Positions 31,790 through 40,835 of a stretch of DNA of 64,000 nucleotides are shown here, one piece after another (the stretch's first letter is position 1; every line of letters begins with the position of its first letter). A program made the translations under genes and the position numbers. The notes under the pieces are model-generated. The model had not been told where the DNA came from. It saw only the letters and a program-made list of their open reading frames with translations, and made no database searches. This stretch comes from Capsulimonadaceae bacterium (GTDB taxonomy: Bacteria; Armatimonadota; Armatimonadia; Armatimonadales; Capsulimonadaceae): NCBI GenBank assembly GCA_965215505.1, contig OZ244065.1:512001-576000 (forward strand), given 5' to 3'.

Positions 31790-32343
31790 AACTCTCCGGC
31801 GTCTTCCTAGATAGGGACGGGGTGCTGAACCCGCACATCCCCGGAGACTACCTCTACTCCGCCGACAAGCTCGTCGTCCTGCCTGGCGTCGCATTGGCCG
31901 TGCGCCGGCTAAACGACGCTGGCCTGCCGGTCATCCTCATCTCCAACCAGCAGGGGGTGGGCAAGGGGCTGATGACGATGGACGACCTGCTCGGCATCGA
32001 GCGGCGCATGGCCGAGACGCTGGCGCAGGAAGCGGGGGCGCATTTGGACCGCTGCTACTACAGCACGGAACTGGCCCGCGACAACTCGCCGCGCCGCAAG
32101 CCCGGTCCGGGGATGCTGCTGGAAGCGGCCCAGGACTTTGGGCTGACTCTGGCGCACACGGTCTTCGCGGGCGACTCGCGCACGGACATACAGGCGGGCC
32201 ACGCCGCCGGGGTGGGGAAGACGGTCCTGCTCCTGTCCGGCGGCATCGCGGCTTACGCCCCAGGCGACTTCCTGCCGGCCCCCGATCTGGTCTTCCCCGG
32301 CCTGCCAGAGATGGCCGACTTCCTGTTGGAGCATCACGAATGA
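31786..32343 (+). CDS. gmhB: HAD-IIIA phosphatase (heptose bisphosphate phosphatase-like)
   Basis: FLDRDGVLN, ISNQQG, RKPGPGML and GDSRTD motifs; TTG start overlaps the upstream TGA. Confidence 0.8.
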   Translation: MKLSGVFLDRDGVLNPHIPGDYLYSADKLVVLPGVALAVRRLNDAGLPVILISNQQGVGKGLMTMDDLLGIERRMAETLAQEAGAHLDRCYYSTELARDNSPRRKPGPGMLLEAAQDFGLTLAHTVFAGDSRTDIQAGHAAGVGKTVLLLSGGIAAYAPGDFLPAPDLVFPGLPEMADFLLEHHE

Positions 32344-33341
32344 TTCACGCCTCCGCCCCCGGCCGCTGCGGCCTCGTCGGCAACCCGACGGACATGTACG
32401 GCGGCAGCGTCCTGTCCTGCTCCACGCGCGAGCGGGCGCGCTGTACCCTGAACCCGGACGCGGGCGATTTCCTCATCACGGTTTCGGGGCAGAGTCAGAC
32501 CTTGCACACGGCTGACGATCTGGCGCTGCGCCCCGGCGACTACCTGAACGTCGTCCGCGCCGCCCTGACAGCCCTGGAAATAGACCCCGCCGCCGCGCAG
32601 CCGTTCCACCTTTCCGCCGAGACGGAGATCCCGATGCAGGCGGGACTGGCCGGCTCGACCGCCATTCTAGCCTGCATCGTTGGGTGCCTGCTGGCACACC
32701 TGGGGCTGAGGCTGAACCCGTACCAGACGGCGGAATTGGTCCGGCAGATCGAGTACGACGTGCTGGGAATCGTCTGCGGCTTCCAGGACCACTACATGAC
32801 GGTCTTCGGCGGCCTGAACTTCATGGATTTCCGCGACAAGAACAGCGCCCACACGACGGACGAGAACACCCCGTTCGCAACGGTCGAGCCGTTGGCTTCC
32901 TTCATGGGTGATCTGCCACTCGTGCTGGCCCATACCGGCGTCCGGCACCATTCGGGGTCGGTCCACACTTCCCCGCGCGAGCGCTGGCTGCGCGGCGAGC
33001 CTGCCGTCGTGGACGGGTATCTGGAGGTCGCGCGGCTGGCCCGGCGCGGCAAGCGCGCCCTGCTGTCCGGCGACTGGGACACGCTGGCGGGCCTGATGAA
33101 CCGCAACCACGCCGTGGTGCGCGACCTGGGCGGCAGCGGGGAGGCGAACGAGGCGATGATCGCCGCCGCCCTGGCGGGCGGGGCGACCGGGGCAAAGCTG
33201 GCCGGGGCGGGCGGCGGGGGGACCATTCTGGCGCTGACGCACGACCGGGAAAGGACCGTCGCGGCCCTGCGCGCGGCGGGGGCGGAGGCGATCCTGTTAC
33301 CCGGCCCGCAGGCAGGTCTGACGGTGGAGGTGACCCCGTAG
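32340..33341 (+). CDS. GHMP sugar kinase (HddA/glucuronokinase-like)
   Basis: [27 protein letters not shown] and [11 protein letters not shown] motifs. Confidence 0.85.
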   Translation: MIHASAPGRCGLVGNPTDMYGGSVLSCSTRERARCTLNPDAGDFLITVSGQSQTLHTADDLALRPGDYLNVVRAALTALEIDPAAAQPFHLSAETEIPMQAGLAGSTAILACIVGCLLAHLGLRLNPYQTAELVRQIEYDVLGIVCGFQDHYMTVFGGLNFMDFRDKNSAHTTDENTPFATVEPLASFMGDLPLVLAHTGVRHHSGSVHTSPRERWLRGEPAVVDGYLEVARLARRGKRALLSGDWDTLAGLMNRNHAVVRDLGGSGEANEAMIAAALAGGATGAKLAGAGGGGTILALTHDRERTVAALRAAGAEAILLPGPQAGLTVEVTP

Positions 33342-33361
33342 GGGCGCGATTCATCGCGCCC
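33338..33361 (+). repeat. GTAG-type REP palindrome overlapping the kinase stop codon
   Basis: GTAG-GGGCGCGATTCATCGCGCCC; same GTAG-GGGCG...CGCCC frame as the 21219 and 34887 copies. Confidence 0.7.
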
Positions 33362-33388
33362 TTTATCACGAACGGGTACAATCGTCTC

Positions 33389-34372
33389 ATGGATTACCCA
33401 AAACTGCTTCACCGCTCCCGCCGCCTGCGCGGGACGCCGGCCCTGCGCGGGATGGTGCGCGAGACGACGCTGTCCGTCACCGACCTGATCGATCCTTTGT
33501 TCGTCACCTGGGGCAAGGGCCGGGAGCGCCGCCCGATCTCCTCCCTCCCCGGCGTCGCGCAGCTCACCGTGGAGGCCCTGCGCGTGGAGGCCGAGCAGAT
33601 CGCCGCGCTGGGCGTACCTGCCGTCCTGCTGTTCGGCCTGCCGGAGACGAAGGACGACCAGGCGACGGGTGCTTATGCCGAGGAGGGCATCGTGCAGCAG
33701 GCGGTCCGTGCCCTGAAGGCCGACAACCCCGATCTCCTCGTCTTCACCGACGTCTGCCTCTGCGAGTACATGTCCCACGGGCACTGCGGCGTCGTTTCGG
33801 GCGAGCGCATCCTGAACGACCCTTCGCTGGACCTGCTGGCCCGCACGGCGGTTTCCCATGCCGCCGCGGGCGCGGACGTGGTCGCGCCTTCGGACATGAT
33901 GGACGGGCGGGTGGGCGCGCTGCGCCACGCGCTCGACGCCCAGGGGTTTGCCGACACGCCCCTGCTGTCCTATGCCGCCAAGTATGCCTCGGCCATGTAC
34001 GGGCCGTTCCGGGAGGCCGCCGACAGCGCGCCGCAGTTCGGGGACCGGCGGAGCTATCAGATGGACCCGGCGAACCGGCGCGAGGCGCTGAAGGAAGTGG
34101 AGCAGGACATCGCCGAGGGCGCGGACATGGTCATGGTCAAGCCCGCGCTGGCCTTTTTAGACATCATCCGGGACGTGCGCGAGATGACCCACCTGCCGCT
34201 GGCCGCCTACAATGTGTCCGGCGAATACGCGATGGTGAAAGCCGCTGCGGCGAACGGCTGGCTGGACGAGCGGGCGACCGCCCTGGAGATATTGACGTCC
34301 ATCAGGCGGGCGGGGGCGGACCTGATCTTTACCTACCACGCCAAAGACGCCGCCCGCTGGCTGAAAGACTAA
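33389..34372 (+). CDS. hemB: Porphobilinogen synthase (Zn-type)
   Basis: [29 protein letters not shown] and YNVSGEY motifs. Confidence 0.98.
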   Translation: MDYPKLLHRSRRLRGTPALRGMVRETTLSVTDLIDPLFVTWGKGRERRPISSLPGVAQLTVEALRVEAEQIAALGVPAVLLFGLPETKDDQATGAYAEEGIVQQAVRALKADNPDLLVFTDVCLCEYMSHGHCGVVSGERILNDPSLDLLARTAVSHAAAGADVVAPSDMMDGRVGALRHALDAQGFADTPLLSYAAKYASAMYGPFREAADSAPQFGDRRSYQMDPANRREALKEVEQDIAEGADMVMVKPALAFLDIIRDVREMTHLPLAAYNVSGEYAMVKAAAANGWLDERATALEILTSIRRAGADLIFTYHAKDAARWLKD

Positions 34373-34384
34373 GGAGACAGACGG

Positions 34385-34789
34385 ATGCCCGATACCAAAG
34401 AGATGCTGACGGCCTATTTGAAAGAGGAAGGCTACCTGCCCGCGCCGGAAGGGCAGGGGCTGGTCTTCAAGAAGGAGGGGCGGACCTACTTCACCTTCCC
34501 CGACAACGCCGACCCGAACTTCTTCAACCTCTACAGCTACTTCGACTTCGCGGACACCATCCCGAGCCGGGCCGTCGGCCTGGAAGCGGCGAACGACATC
34601 AACAAGGCCGTCAAGGCGGTCAAGGTGACGCTTATGGAGGATGACAATGTTGCCCGCGTCAGCTTCGGCATGGAAGTCCCGCTGCCGCTGGCCGAGAGCT
34701 TCAAAGGCATCTTCGAGCGCTCCCTGAACACGATCGGGTACGCCGTGGAGCAGTTCGCGGAGCGGGTGAAGGCGCGGGGGGCTGGTTAA
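34385..34789 (+). CDS. YbjN-like (T3SS-chaperone fold) protein
   Basis: YLKEEGY...LVFKKEG...AANDINKAVKAVKV pattern; strong AAGGAG RBS. Confidence 0.6.
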   Translation: MPDTKEMLTAYLKEEGYLPAPEGQGLVFKKEGRTYFTFPDNADPNFFNLYSYFDFADTIPSRAVGLEAANDINKAVKAVKVTLMEDDNVARVSFGMEVPLPLAESFKGIFERSLNTIGYAVEQFAERVKARGAG

Positions 34790-34794
34790 GAAAC

Positions 34795-34990
34795 ACCGGC
34801 ACTGGCCTAGCCAGTCTACTGTGGAATGGAAGTCGCTCCGCGACTGAGGAATGGCAAACGTTAAGGGGGCGAGCGCTCCCTAGCAAGGGCGAACACAAGG
34901 TTCGCCCCTACGGTCGGTCCGATTTCGGCCTTGATCTTCAACCCCGGAGGGGTTTTCACTCAAGAGTAGGCCGGCACTTCCAGTGCCGGT
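34795..34990. repeat. REPIN-like inverted REP pair with a nested second REP
   Basis: GTAGGCCGGCACTTCCAGTGCCGGT (34966-34990) and its degenerate inverse ACCGGCACTGGCCTAGCCAGTCTAC (34795-34819) enclose GGGCGAACACAAGGTTCGCCCCTAC (34887-34911). Confidence 0.75.
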
Positions 34991-34999
34991 TTCCTATCA

Positions 35000-35296
35000 A
35001 TGGACACACCCGAACAACCCACCGTTTGGCCTCCTGCGCCGACGCTTGCACCACCTGAAGCGGTAAACGCTAAACCCTTCAAGCTAAAGCTGTCGTTGCC
35101 GGAGTGGGTGGGATACTGGAGCAAACATGGTGTATGGTTCTTCTCTGCCTGGTACATCACCCGTGGCTTCTACGAGGTTGACAAACTGCCTTGCCCGCGT
35201 TGGTGTTCATTCCCAGTCGCATGCGCCGCATGGTTTGTCGTCGGGGGGTTGCTGACAGCGTGGAAGTTCAGGCCGCACAAGAAGTCCGTGCCATGA
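35000..35296 (+). CDS. Small membrane protein with Pro-rich N-terminal PTVWPPAP motif
   Basis: 98 aa with two hydrophobic/aromatic segments; N-terminus conserved in the paralog at 35474. Confidence 0.65.
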   Translation: MDTPEQPTVWPPAPTLAPPEAVNAKPFKLKLSLPEWVGYWSKHGVWFFSAWYITRGFYEVDKLPCPRWCSFPVACAAWFVVGGLLTAWKFRPHKKSVP

Positions 35297-35423
35297 ATGG
35301 CACGGCTATTCAGCCTTCGGCTAAGAAGTCCCGCTTCGCAGGACTCGGAGAGCGCATTTCTCAGCCCCGCGAAGCGGTGCTTCCTGGCGTCCGCGCCGCC
35401 TAGCCATGCCATTCATGGCATGG
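35286..35423. repeat. REPIN/MITE-like composite inverted repeat
   Basis: Outer arms CCGTGCCATGAATGGCACGGCTA / TAGCCATGCCATTCATGGCATGG; inner arms AAGAAGTCCCGCTTCGCAGGACT / AGCCCCGCGAAGCGGTGCTTCCT. Confidence 0.8.
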
Positions 35424-35473
35424 TTGCTGATGGCATGGCTTCTGATGGCATCGTCACTTGCCGACACAACAAG

Positions 35474-35773
35474 ATGGACACACCCTAACAACCTACCATC
35501 TGGCCGCCCCCGCCGACGCTCGCGCCGCCAGAGCAGAACAGCTCGCCTCCAAAAATCCGCTTCTATTTACCTCAGCCAGTCGCAATCTTTTTGTGGTGGA
35601 CTGCCTTCTATGTTCTAGGATGCGGAGTTAAGATAGCATCGGATGCTTACACAGGGCGCCCCTTCAGTCTCCGTCAGACGTTATTCTACGGGATTGGATG
35701 GTTGCTCGGGATAGCGTTCTGGAAGGGCCTGACAAAGCTACGGAGCATGAGGAGTCGGAGAACAAACGCGTGA
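35474..35773 (+). pseudogene. Paralog of 35000-35296 with a nonsense codon at position 5
   Basis: ATG GAC ACA CCC TAA CAA CCT ACC ATC TGG CCG CCC versus ATG GAC ACA CCC GAA CAA CCC ACC GTT TGG CCT CCT. The frame is otherwise open to 35773 with two TM-like segments. Confidence 0.8.
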
Positions 35774-35779
35774 GTCTTG

Positions 35780-36850
35780 TCACGACTTCGGCAGGGTGAA
35801 GCTGAACACGCTGCCTTTGTTGTACTCGCTTTCCACCCCCACTGTCCCCCCGTGGTTCTCGACAATGTGCTTGACGATGCTCAGGCCCAGGCCCGTGCCG
35901 CCGGAGGCGCGGCTGCGGGCTTTGTCGGCACGGTAAAAGCGCTCAAACAGGCGGGGGATGTCGTGGGAGAGGATGCCGATGCCCGTGTCGGCGACGGAGA
36001 CGGTGACGGCCTCGGCGGTTTCGGAGGCGCTCAGGGTGACGTGGCCGCCGCGCGGGGTGTAGGCGATGGCGTTGTCCAGCAGGTTGACCAAGACCTGCGC
36101 CATCTCGTCGCGGTCGGCGGGAACGATCAAAGGAACGCGGAGTGTGTTGGTGAAGGCGATGTCGGCCTTCTCCGCCTGCGGGGCGAGCCGGGAGGCCACC
36201 TCGGCGATCAGGGCGGTCAGGTCAATGGGCTTCTTCTCGATGCCGCGCGCCTCGACGCGGGACAGGTCGAGCAGGTCGGCGGACAGGCGGACCAGCCGGT
36301 CGGACTCGCGGATGATGGTTTGCAGGAAGCGCGGTGCGGCCTCGGCGTCTTCCAAAGCCCCGTCAAGCAGCGTCTCGGCCATGGCCTTGACCGAAGTGAG
36401 CGGGGTGCGAAGCTCATGGGAGACATTGGCGACGAAGTCGCGGCGGACGCGCTCCAGGCGGCGTAGTTCGGTGAGGTCGCGCAGGACGAGCAGGTATTGG
36501 TCCACCAGGACGGGGGTGATGCGGACGTGCAAAGTCCGCACGGAGGGGCGGTTGAGTGTCACTTCGCGCTCGACGCCGCCCCGGCGGCGGATGGCGGCGC
36601 GGTAAAGCTCCTCCAGCTCGCTGCTCAGGGTGCGGGCCAGCAGGGTGTCACCGTCGGAAACCCCGAAGAGGGAGGCGGCGACCGGGTTGGAAAGCAGGAT
36701 ACGCCCGTCGGCGTCGGCCAGCAGGACCGCGTCTTCGGTGGTCTGAAGCAAAGCTTGCCACAGGGCCGAGTCGGGCAGGCCGACCTCCGCTTCCGGCACG
36801 GTGCCGGGGGGATCATCCTTCGTCCGGCGCATCCAGGGGAAGAGGGTCAC
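35780..36850 (-). CDS. PhoR-like histidine kinase, PAS-HisKA-HATPase, no obvious TM helix
   Basis: RRDFVANVSHELRTPLT, NLLDNAI, DTGIGI, FERFYRADKARSR and GTGLGLSIVKH motifs. Confidence 0.92.
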   Translation of the reverse strand: MTLFPWMRRTKDDPPGTVPEAEVGLPDSALWQALLQTTEDAVLLADADGRILLSNPVAASLFGVSDGDTLLARTLSSELEELYRAAIRRRGGVEREVTLNRPSVRTLHVRITPVLVDQYLLVLRDLTELRRLERVRRDFVANVSHELRTPLTSVKAMAETLLDGALEDAEAAPRFLQTIIRESDRLVRLSADLLDLSRVEARGIEKKPIDLTALIAEVASRLAPQAEKADIAFTNTLRVPLIVPADRDEMAQVLVNLLDNAIAYTPRGGHVTLSASETAEAVTVSVADTGIGILSHDIPRLFERFYRADKARSRASGGTGLGLSIVKHIVENHGGTVGVESEYNKGSVFSFTLPKS

Positions 36851-36854
36851 CCAT

Positions 36855-37556
36855 TCAGCCTTTAAACTTGTAGCCGATCCCGCGCACCGTCAGCAGCATC
36901 TCCGGCTTGGCGGGCACCGGTTCCAGCTTCTCGCGCAGCCAGCGGATGTGGACGTCCACGGTCCGGTCGTCCACATAGCAGTCTTCCCCCCAGACGCGCG
37001 ACAGAAGAGTCTGACGGTCGAAGACGCGGCCCCGGTGCGAAGTCAGCAGAGTGAGCAGATCAAATTCCTTGCGGGAGAGCGTCAGCGGGATGCCGTCCTT
37101 CAGGATCTCGCGCCGCTCGGCATTGATCTCCAGGTTGTCCACGCTGTAGGTCTGGTCCTTTTCCAAAGCGGGATTGTCGGCCTCGGAGAGACGGGAGCTG
37201 CGGCGCAGGTGGGAGTGGACGCGGGCCATCAGCTCGCGCATGGAGAACGGCTTGACGACGTAGTCGTCCGCCCCGGCGTCAAAGCCGCGCAGGCAGTCCG
37301 CCTCGGCGGCGCGCGCGGTCAGGAGCAGGACGGGGAGGGAGGCGTTGTGGCGGTGCAGGCGGCGGCAGAGGTCCAGCCCGCTGCCGGAGGGGAGCATCAC
37401 GTCCAGCAGCACGAGGTCGGGGCTGCCGGACAGGAAGCGGTTCATGCACTCGTCGGCGTCGCCCGCCGTTTCGACGTCAAAGCCCTCTTTTTTGAGGTTG
37501 TAGGAAATGGCATCTACGATCGGCTCTTCATCATCCACGACCAAAATCTTTGACAC
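36855..37556 (-). CDS. OmpR/PhoB family response regulator
   Basis: ILVVDDE, LLDVMLP, GADDYVVKPF, RTVDVHIRWLREK and TVRGIGY motifs. Confidence 0.95.
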   Translation of the reverse strand: MSKILVVDDEEPIVDAISYNLKKEGFDVETAGDADECMNRFLSGSPDLVLLDVMLPSGSGLDLCRRLHRHNASLPVLLLTARAAEADCLRGFDAGADDYVVKPFSMRELMARVHSHLRRSSRLSEADNPALEKDQTYSVDNLEINAERREILKDGIPLTLSRKEFDLLTLLTSHRGRVFDRQTLLSRVWGEDCYVDDRTVDVHIRWLREKLEPVPAKPEMLLTVRGIGYKFKG

Positions 37557-37608
37557 GCAGACCCCCTAGCGGCTTTTCGCCTTGTGACACATTTATCGGC
37601 TCACGGCC

Positions 37609-37672
37609 AGTATACCCGAGTTCCCATTTGTTGTCTATGGCACTTGACAAGACCAGGTTTTATTGTTACAAT
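37609..37672. promoter_or_regulatory. Back-to-back divergent sigma70 promoters
   Basis: Minus strand TAGACA-N17-TATACT (37609-37637); plus strand TTGACA-N17-TACAAT (37644-37672). Confidence 0.7.
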
Positions 37673-37694
37673 ACTACAAAAAAGCAGGTCAGTC

Positions 37695-38228
37695 GTGGAC
37701 AAACAAACAAAAGAAGCCCTGAAGCAGATGCAGGCGGAAATGCGTCAGGAGATCCGGCAGCTGCAAGCCCTGATCAGTGAACAGCAGCAGCAGCAGATGG
37801 AGCGGAGGCCGGAGCCGGCCGTACCGGAGGAGCCTGCGCCCGCGGCCAAGGGGAAAACAGACGGCGTCGTCCACTATAGCATCAATCGGCCGCCTTCCGG
37901 GGACGGCGACACCCCCTTCAAGACGGGGGCGGTGGCCGTGACGGCAGCCCAGATCGCGAAGACGACGGACGAGGCGGCGGCCCTGCTCGGCTACGCGCTG
38001 TCCTCGCCGCAGAAGGTCTCCCTTCTGCGGGCGCTCCTGGGCCGCGAGCCGGAAAGCGCGGCGGCGCTGGGGGCGACGACCAGCCTCAGCACGGGCAGCC
38101 TGTACCACCACCTGCGGGATCTCATGCACGCCGGCCTGATCGCGCAGTCCGGGCGCAACCAGTACCAGATCACCCCGCGCGGCCAGCGCGTCCTGCTGCT
38201 GCTGCTCGCGCTGGCGTCGGAAGATTAG
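37695..38228 (+). CDS. Winged-helix (ArsR-like) regulator with N-terminal coiled coil
   Basis: ALSSPQKVSLLRAL...STGSLYHHLRDL...YQITPRG. GTG start chosen downstream of the promoter. Confidence 0.8.
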   Translation: MDKQTKEALKQMQAEMRQEIRQLQALISEQQQQQMERRPEPAVPEEPAPAAKGKTDGVVHYSINRPPSGDGDTPFKTGAVAVTAAQIAKTTDEAAALLGYALSSPQKVSLLRALLGREPESAAALGATTSLSTGSLYHHLRDLMHAGLIAQSGRNQYQITPRGQRVLLLLLALASED

Positions 38229-38242
38229 CGGAGAAGAGGAAA

Positions 38243-38989
38243 ATGTCGGAACGGTTTATTCTGTCGCATGAGCGGCTGGCCGAAGAGCTGTCCACCCTGA
38301 CAATCAGCCGGGAAGATCTTCCGCCCGAAGCGCCCCTGGTCATCGTGCTGCACGGGCTGGGCGGGAGCAAAGAGCGGATGCTGCCTGCCCTGTACGAGTT
38401 TGCAAGGGCCGGAAATAGGGCCGTGGCTCTGGATGTCCGGCTGCACGGCGAGCGGTCGGACGCCGGGGCGCGTGAGGCGCGGCTGGGGGCCGATTACTTC
38501 GGGACGTCGGCGGACATGATCGAAGGCACGGCGCGGGACATTTCGCGCCTGCTGGACCACCTCGGAACGGCGCGGGCCGCGATCCACGGCGTCTCGCTGG
38601 GCGGCTACATCACCTTCGCCGCGCTCCTCGCCGAGCCGCGCCTTGAGACGGCCAGCGTAGCGATGGGCAGCCCGGACTGGATCGGCCCGCTGCGTCGGTT
38701 CGGCCTAGGACCTGGACACCCCGCGTATGAACGGGCAGTGGGCCTGAACCCGCTGGAACTGCTCCCGAAGACCCTCCCGCCCCGGCCGCTGCTGATGCTG
38801 CACGGGGCCGCAGACGAGATCGTTCCCCCGGACGGCGTCATCGCCCTGGAGCAAAGCCTGCGCCCGCTGTATGCCGCCTACCCGGAACGGCTGGCGCTGC
38901 AAATCTATCCCGGCCACGGCCACTCCTACAGCGACGATATGCTGCGGCGCAGCGTGGAATGGGCCGGGCAGTTCCGCGGCGACCTGTGA
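38243..38989 (+). CDS. Alpha/beta hydrolase (YjfP-like esterase)
   Basis: HGLGG, GVSLGG nucleophile elbow, HGAADEIV and GHGH. Confidence 0.88.
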   Translation: MSERFILSHERLAEELSTLTISREDLPPEAPLVIVLHGLGGSKERMLPALYEFARAGNRAVALDVRLHGERSDAGAREARLGADYFGTSADMIEGTARDISRLLDHLGTARAAIHGVSLGGYITFAALLAEPRLETASVAMGSPDWIGPLRRFGLGPGHPAYERAVGLNPLELLPKTLPPRPLLMLHGAADEIVPPDGVIALEQSLRPLYAAYPERLALQIYPGHGHSYSDDMLRRSVEWAGQFRGDL

Positions 38990-39005
38990 CACCCTTGATA
39001 CCCTC

Positions 39006-39857
39006 ATGCCTGACGCCGTCTACCTGCCGACGCTTCTTTCGGTCTACCAGGTCGCCCGGACTCCCTACCAGACGCTCCGGGCCGAGATCGAACACGGGCA
39101 CTGGGCCATCAGCTTCGTTCGGGATGGGAGCGTGGAGACGCTGACGCGGGGGGCACGGAGCGCCGCCCCGAGCGGCACCGTGATGGTCCACCCGCCGTCC
39201 CTGCCATATGCCGAATATGCCGAAGTCCCTGGGACGCACGAGTGGATCGTGTTCGAGTGCGATGTCCGCCCCGGCCTCCCCCTGTTCCGCCTTTATCCCG
39301 TCGCGGCCACCGTGGCGCTGTCCCGGCCCGCCGCCTTCTCCGCTCTGTTCGGCCTGCTGCTGTGCGCTTGGGAGAGTCCGCCGTCGGCCCTCCGCGATGT
39401 CCGCGTCTCAGCCCTGACCTTGCAGGCCCTGAGCCTGATTCTGGAGGACTGGGAGGCGGCCGGAAGCCTGCCGCGCCCGCCGGCCCTGATGACGGCGCAA
39501 GACAAGTTCTCGGGGCTGATTTCCTACCTGAGCCGACACCTGGACCGGAAGATGGGCCGTGAGGAGATTGCCGCATTCGCCCACTTGCAGCCGAACCACC
39601 TGGACCGGGCCTTCCGCCGGGCTTACGGCGTCTCCCCGATGCAGATGCTCCGCGACCTGCGGCTCCAGCGCGCCCGACACCTCCTTGAAAGCTCGGACCA
39701 CACGGTCGCCGCCATCGCCGCCCTGTGTGGGTTTGAGGAGGCCGGCTACTTCACCCGAGTCTTCCGCAGGATGGTCGGGCAGACGCCGGGCGAGTACCGG
39801 CGTTCCGTCTGCGCGGCCCGACGCTCGTACCAGGGTGCCCAAGGGATACCAAGGTAA
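39006..39857 (+). CDS. AraC family transcriptional regulator
   Basis: IAALCGFEEAGYFTRVFRRMVGQTPGEYR second HTH; start set at MPDAV. Confidence 0.92.
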   Translation: MPDAVYLPTLLSVYQVARTPYQTLRAEIEHGHWAISFVRDGSVETLTRGARSAAPSGTVMVHPPSLPYAEYAEVPGTHEWIVFECDVRPGLPLFRLYPVAATVALSRPAAFSALFGLLLCAWESPPSALRDVRVSALTLQALSLILEDWEAAGSLPRPPALMTAQDKFSGLISYLSRHLDRKMGREEIAAFAHLQPNHLDRAFRRAYGVSPMQMLRDLRLQRARHLLESSDHTVAAIAALCGFEEAGYFTRVFRRMVGQTPGEYRRSVCAARRSYQGAQGIPR

Positions 39858-39892
39858 GCGTAAAAAGTCCCTACTTGTGTCACTTTTCGCCA

Positions 39893-39922
39893 TTGTCAGC
39901 CAGGCTCAACGCGGCCTATAAT
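39893..39922 (+). promoter_or_regulatory. Promoter of the PhyH-GH116-GH127-GH5 operon
   Basis: TTGTCA-N18-TATAAT followed by AGGAGG RBS. Confidence 0.65.
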
Positions 39923-39950
39923 GACGGTAACATGACACAGGAGGCATGGC

Positions 39951-40826
39951 ATGACAATGACCAATGCGAATGACGGAAAGCGCGAACAGCTTCTGCGGGA
40001 CGGCTACTGCAAATTCGAGGGCGTCCTGCCGCCCGAGATGATCGCGGCACTGCGCGCCGCGAGCGACCGGATGGTGGACGCCCTGCCGCGCGCGCAGGCG
40101 GAGCATCTGAGGGCACAGGGGAGCCTCCTGCACACGACGGGGGACCCACTGTTTGCCGACCTGATCGCCGACCCCGCCGCGCTCGGGGCGCTGGCCTCGC
40201 TCGGCTTCGCCGGCCCCACCTTCTCGGACGGCTACGTCATCAGCAAGCCCGGCCACAGCCCGCGCCTCTTCTGGCACTATGACTGGTTCGCCTGGCAGGA
40301 CCCGTACAGTTTCGGGCCGGACCCGGCGCAGCTCTTCGCCATGTACTATCTGACCGACACGTCGCGTGAGAACGGCTGCCTGCGCGTCATCCCCGGTTCC
40401 CATGTCCGTCACAACCCGCTGCACGATGACCTGCGGGAGCCGCACTCGGCCCTGCTCAGTTCGGCGCGCGACATGAGCCTGCCGGAGTTTTCGAATCGCC
40501 CCGATGAGGTGGACGTGCCGGTCCGCGCCGGGGACATGCTGGTCGGCGACGCCCGCCTGCTCCACGCGGCCCATGCGAACGAAACCGACGAGCGCCGGAC
40601 CCTGATCACGCTCTGGTATCAGCCGGACCTGCGCGCGCTGCCGGAGGCGATCCAGGCACAGATGGCGGCGAAGGTACAGCAGGCACCCGCCGACTGGCCC
40701 CAGCAAACAAAGGACAAGTATAACGCGCTGCTGGCAGCCTACGACGGCCCAGAATCGCCTCTCCCCCGGCAGTTATACCGACGACCCGACCAGGCCGATA
40801 GAGGAAAACAGCCCGACGGTGCGTAA
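39951..40826 (+). CDS. Phytanoyl-CoA dioxygenase (PhyH) family Fe/2OG enzyme
   Basis: WHYD (HxD), YLTDTSRENGCLRVIPGSH and LLHAAHAN motifs. Confidence 0.9.
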   Translation: MTMTNANDGKREQLLRDGYCKFEGVLPPEMIAALRAASDRMVDALPRAQAEHLRAQGSLLHTTGDPLFADLIADPAALGALASLGFAGPTFSDGYVISKPGHSPRLFWHYDWFAWQDPYSFGPDPAQLFAMYYLTDTSRENGCLRVIPGSHVRHNPLHDDLREPHSALLSSARDMSLPEFSNRPDEVDVPVRAGDMLVGDARLLHAAHANETDERRTLITLWYQPDLRALPEAIQAQMAAKVQQAPADWPQQTKDKYNALLAAYDGPESPLPRQLYRRPDQADRGKQPDGA

Positions 40827-40835
40827 CAGGCCCGC

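Noticed and set aside
34795..35423. CRISPR-like or integron attC array
   Set aside because: The repeats are inverted, heterogeneous and irregularly spaced. There are no cas or intI genes and no consistent RYYYAAC/GTTRRRY ends.
35297..35488. 63-aa ORF between the WPPxP paralogs
   Set aside because: It reads through the REPIN and ends at the paralog's nonsense codon, so it is probably incidental.
35486..35488. Stop-codon reassignment or readthrough of TAA
   Set aside because: TAA terminates many normal genes in this window (e.g. hemB, DUF1800). A single G>T nonsense change is simpler.
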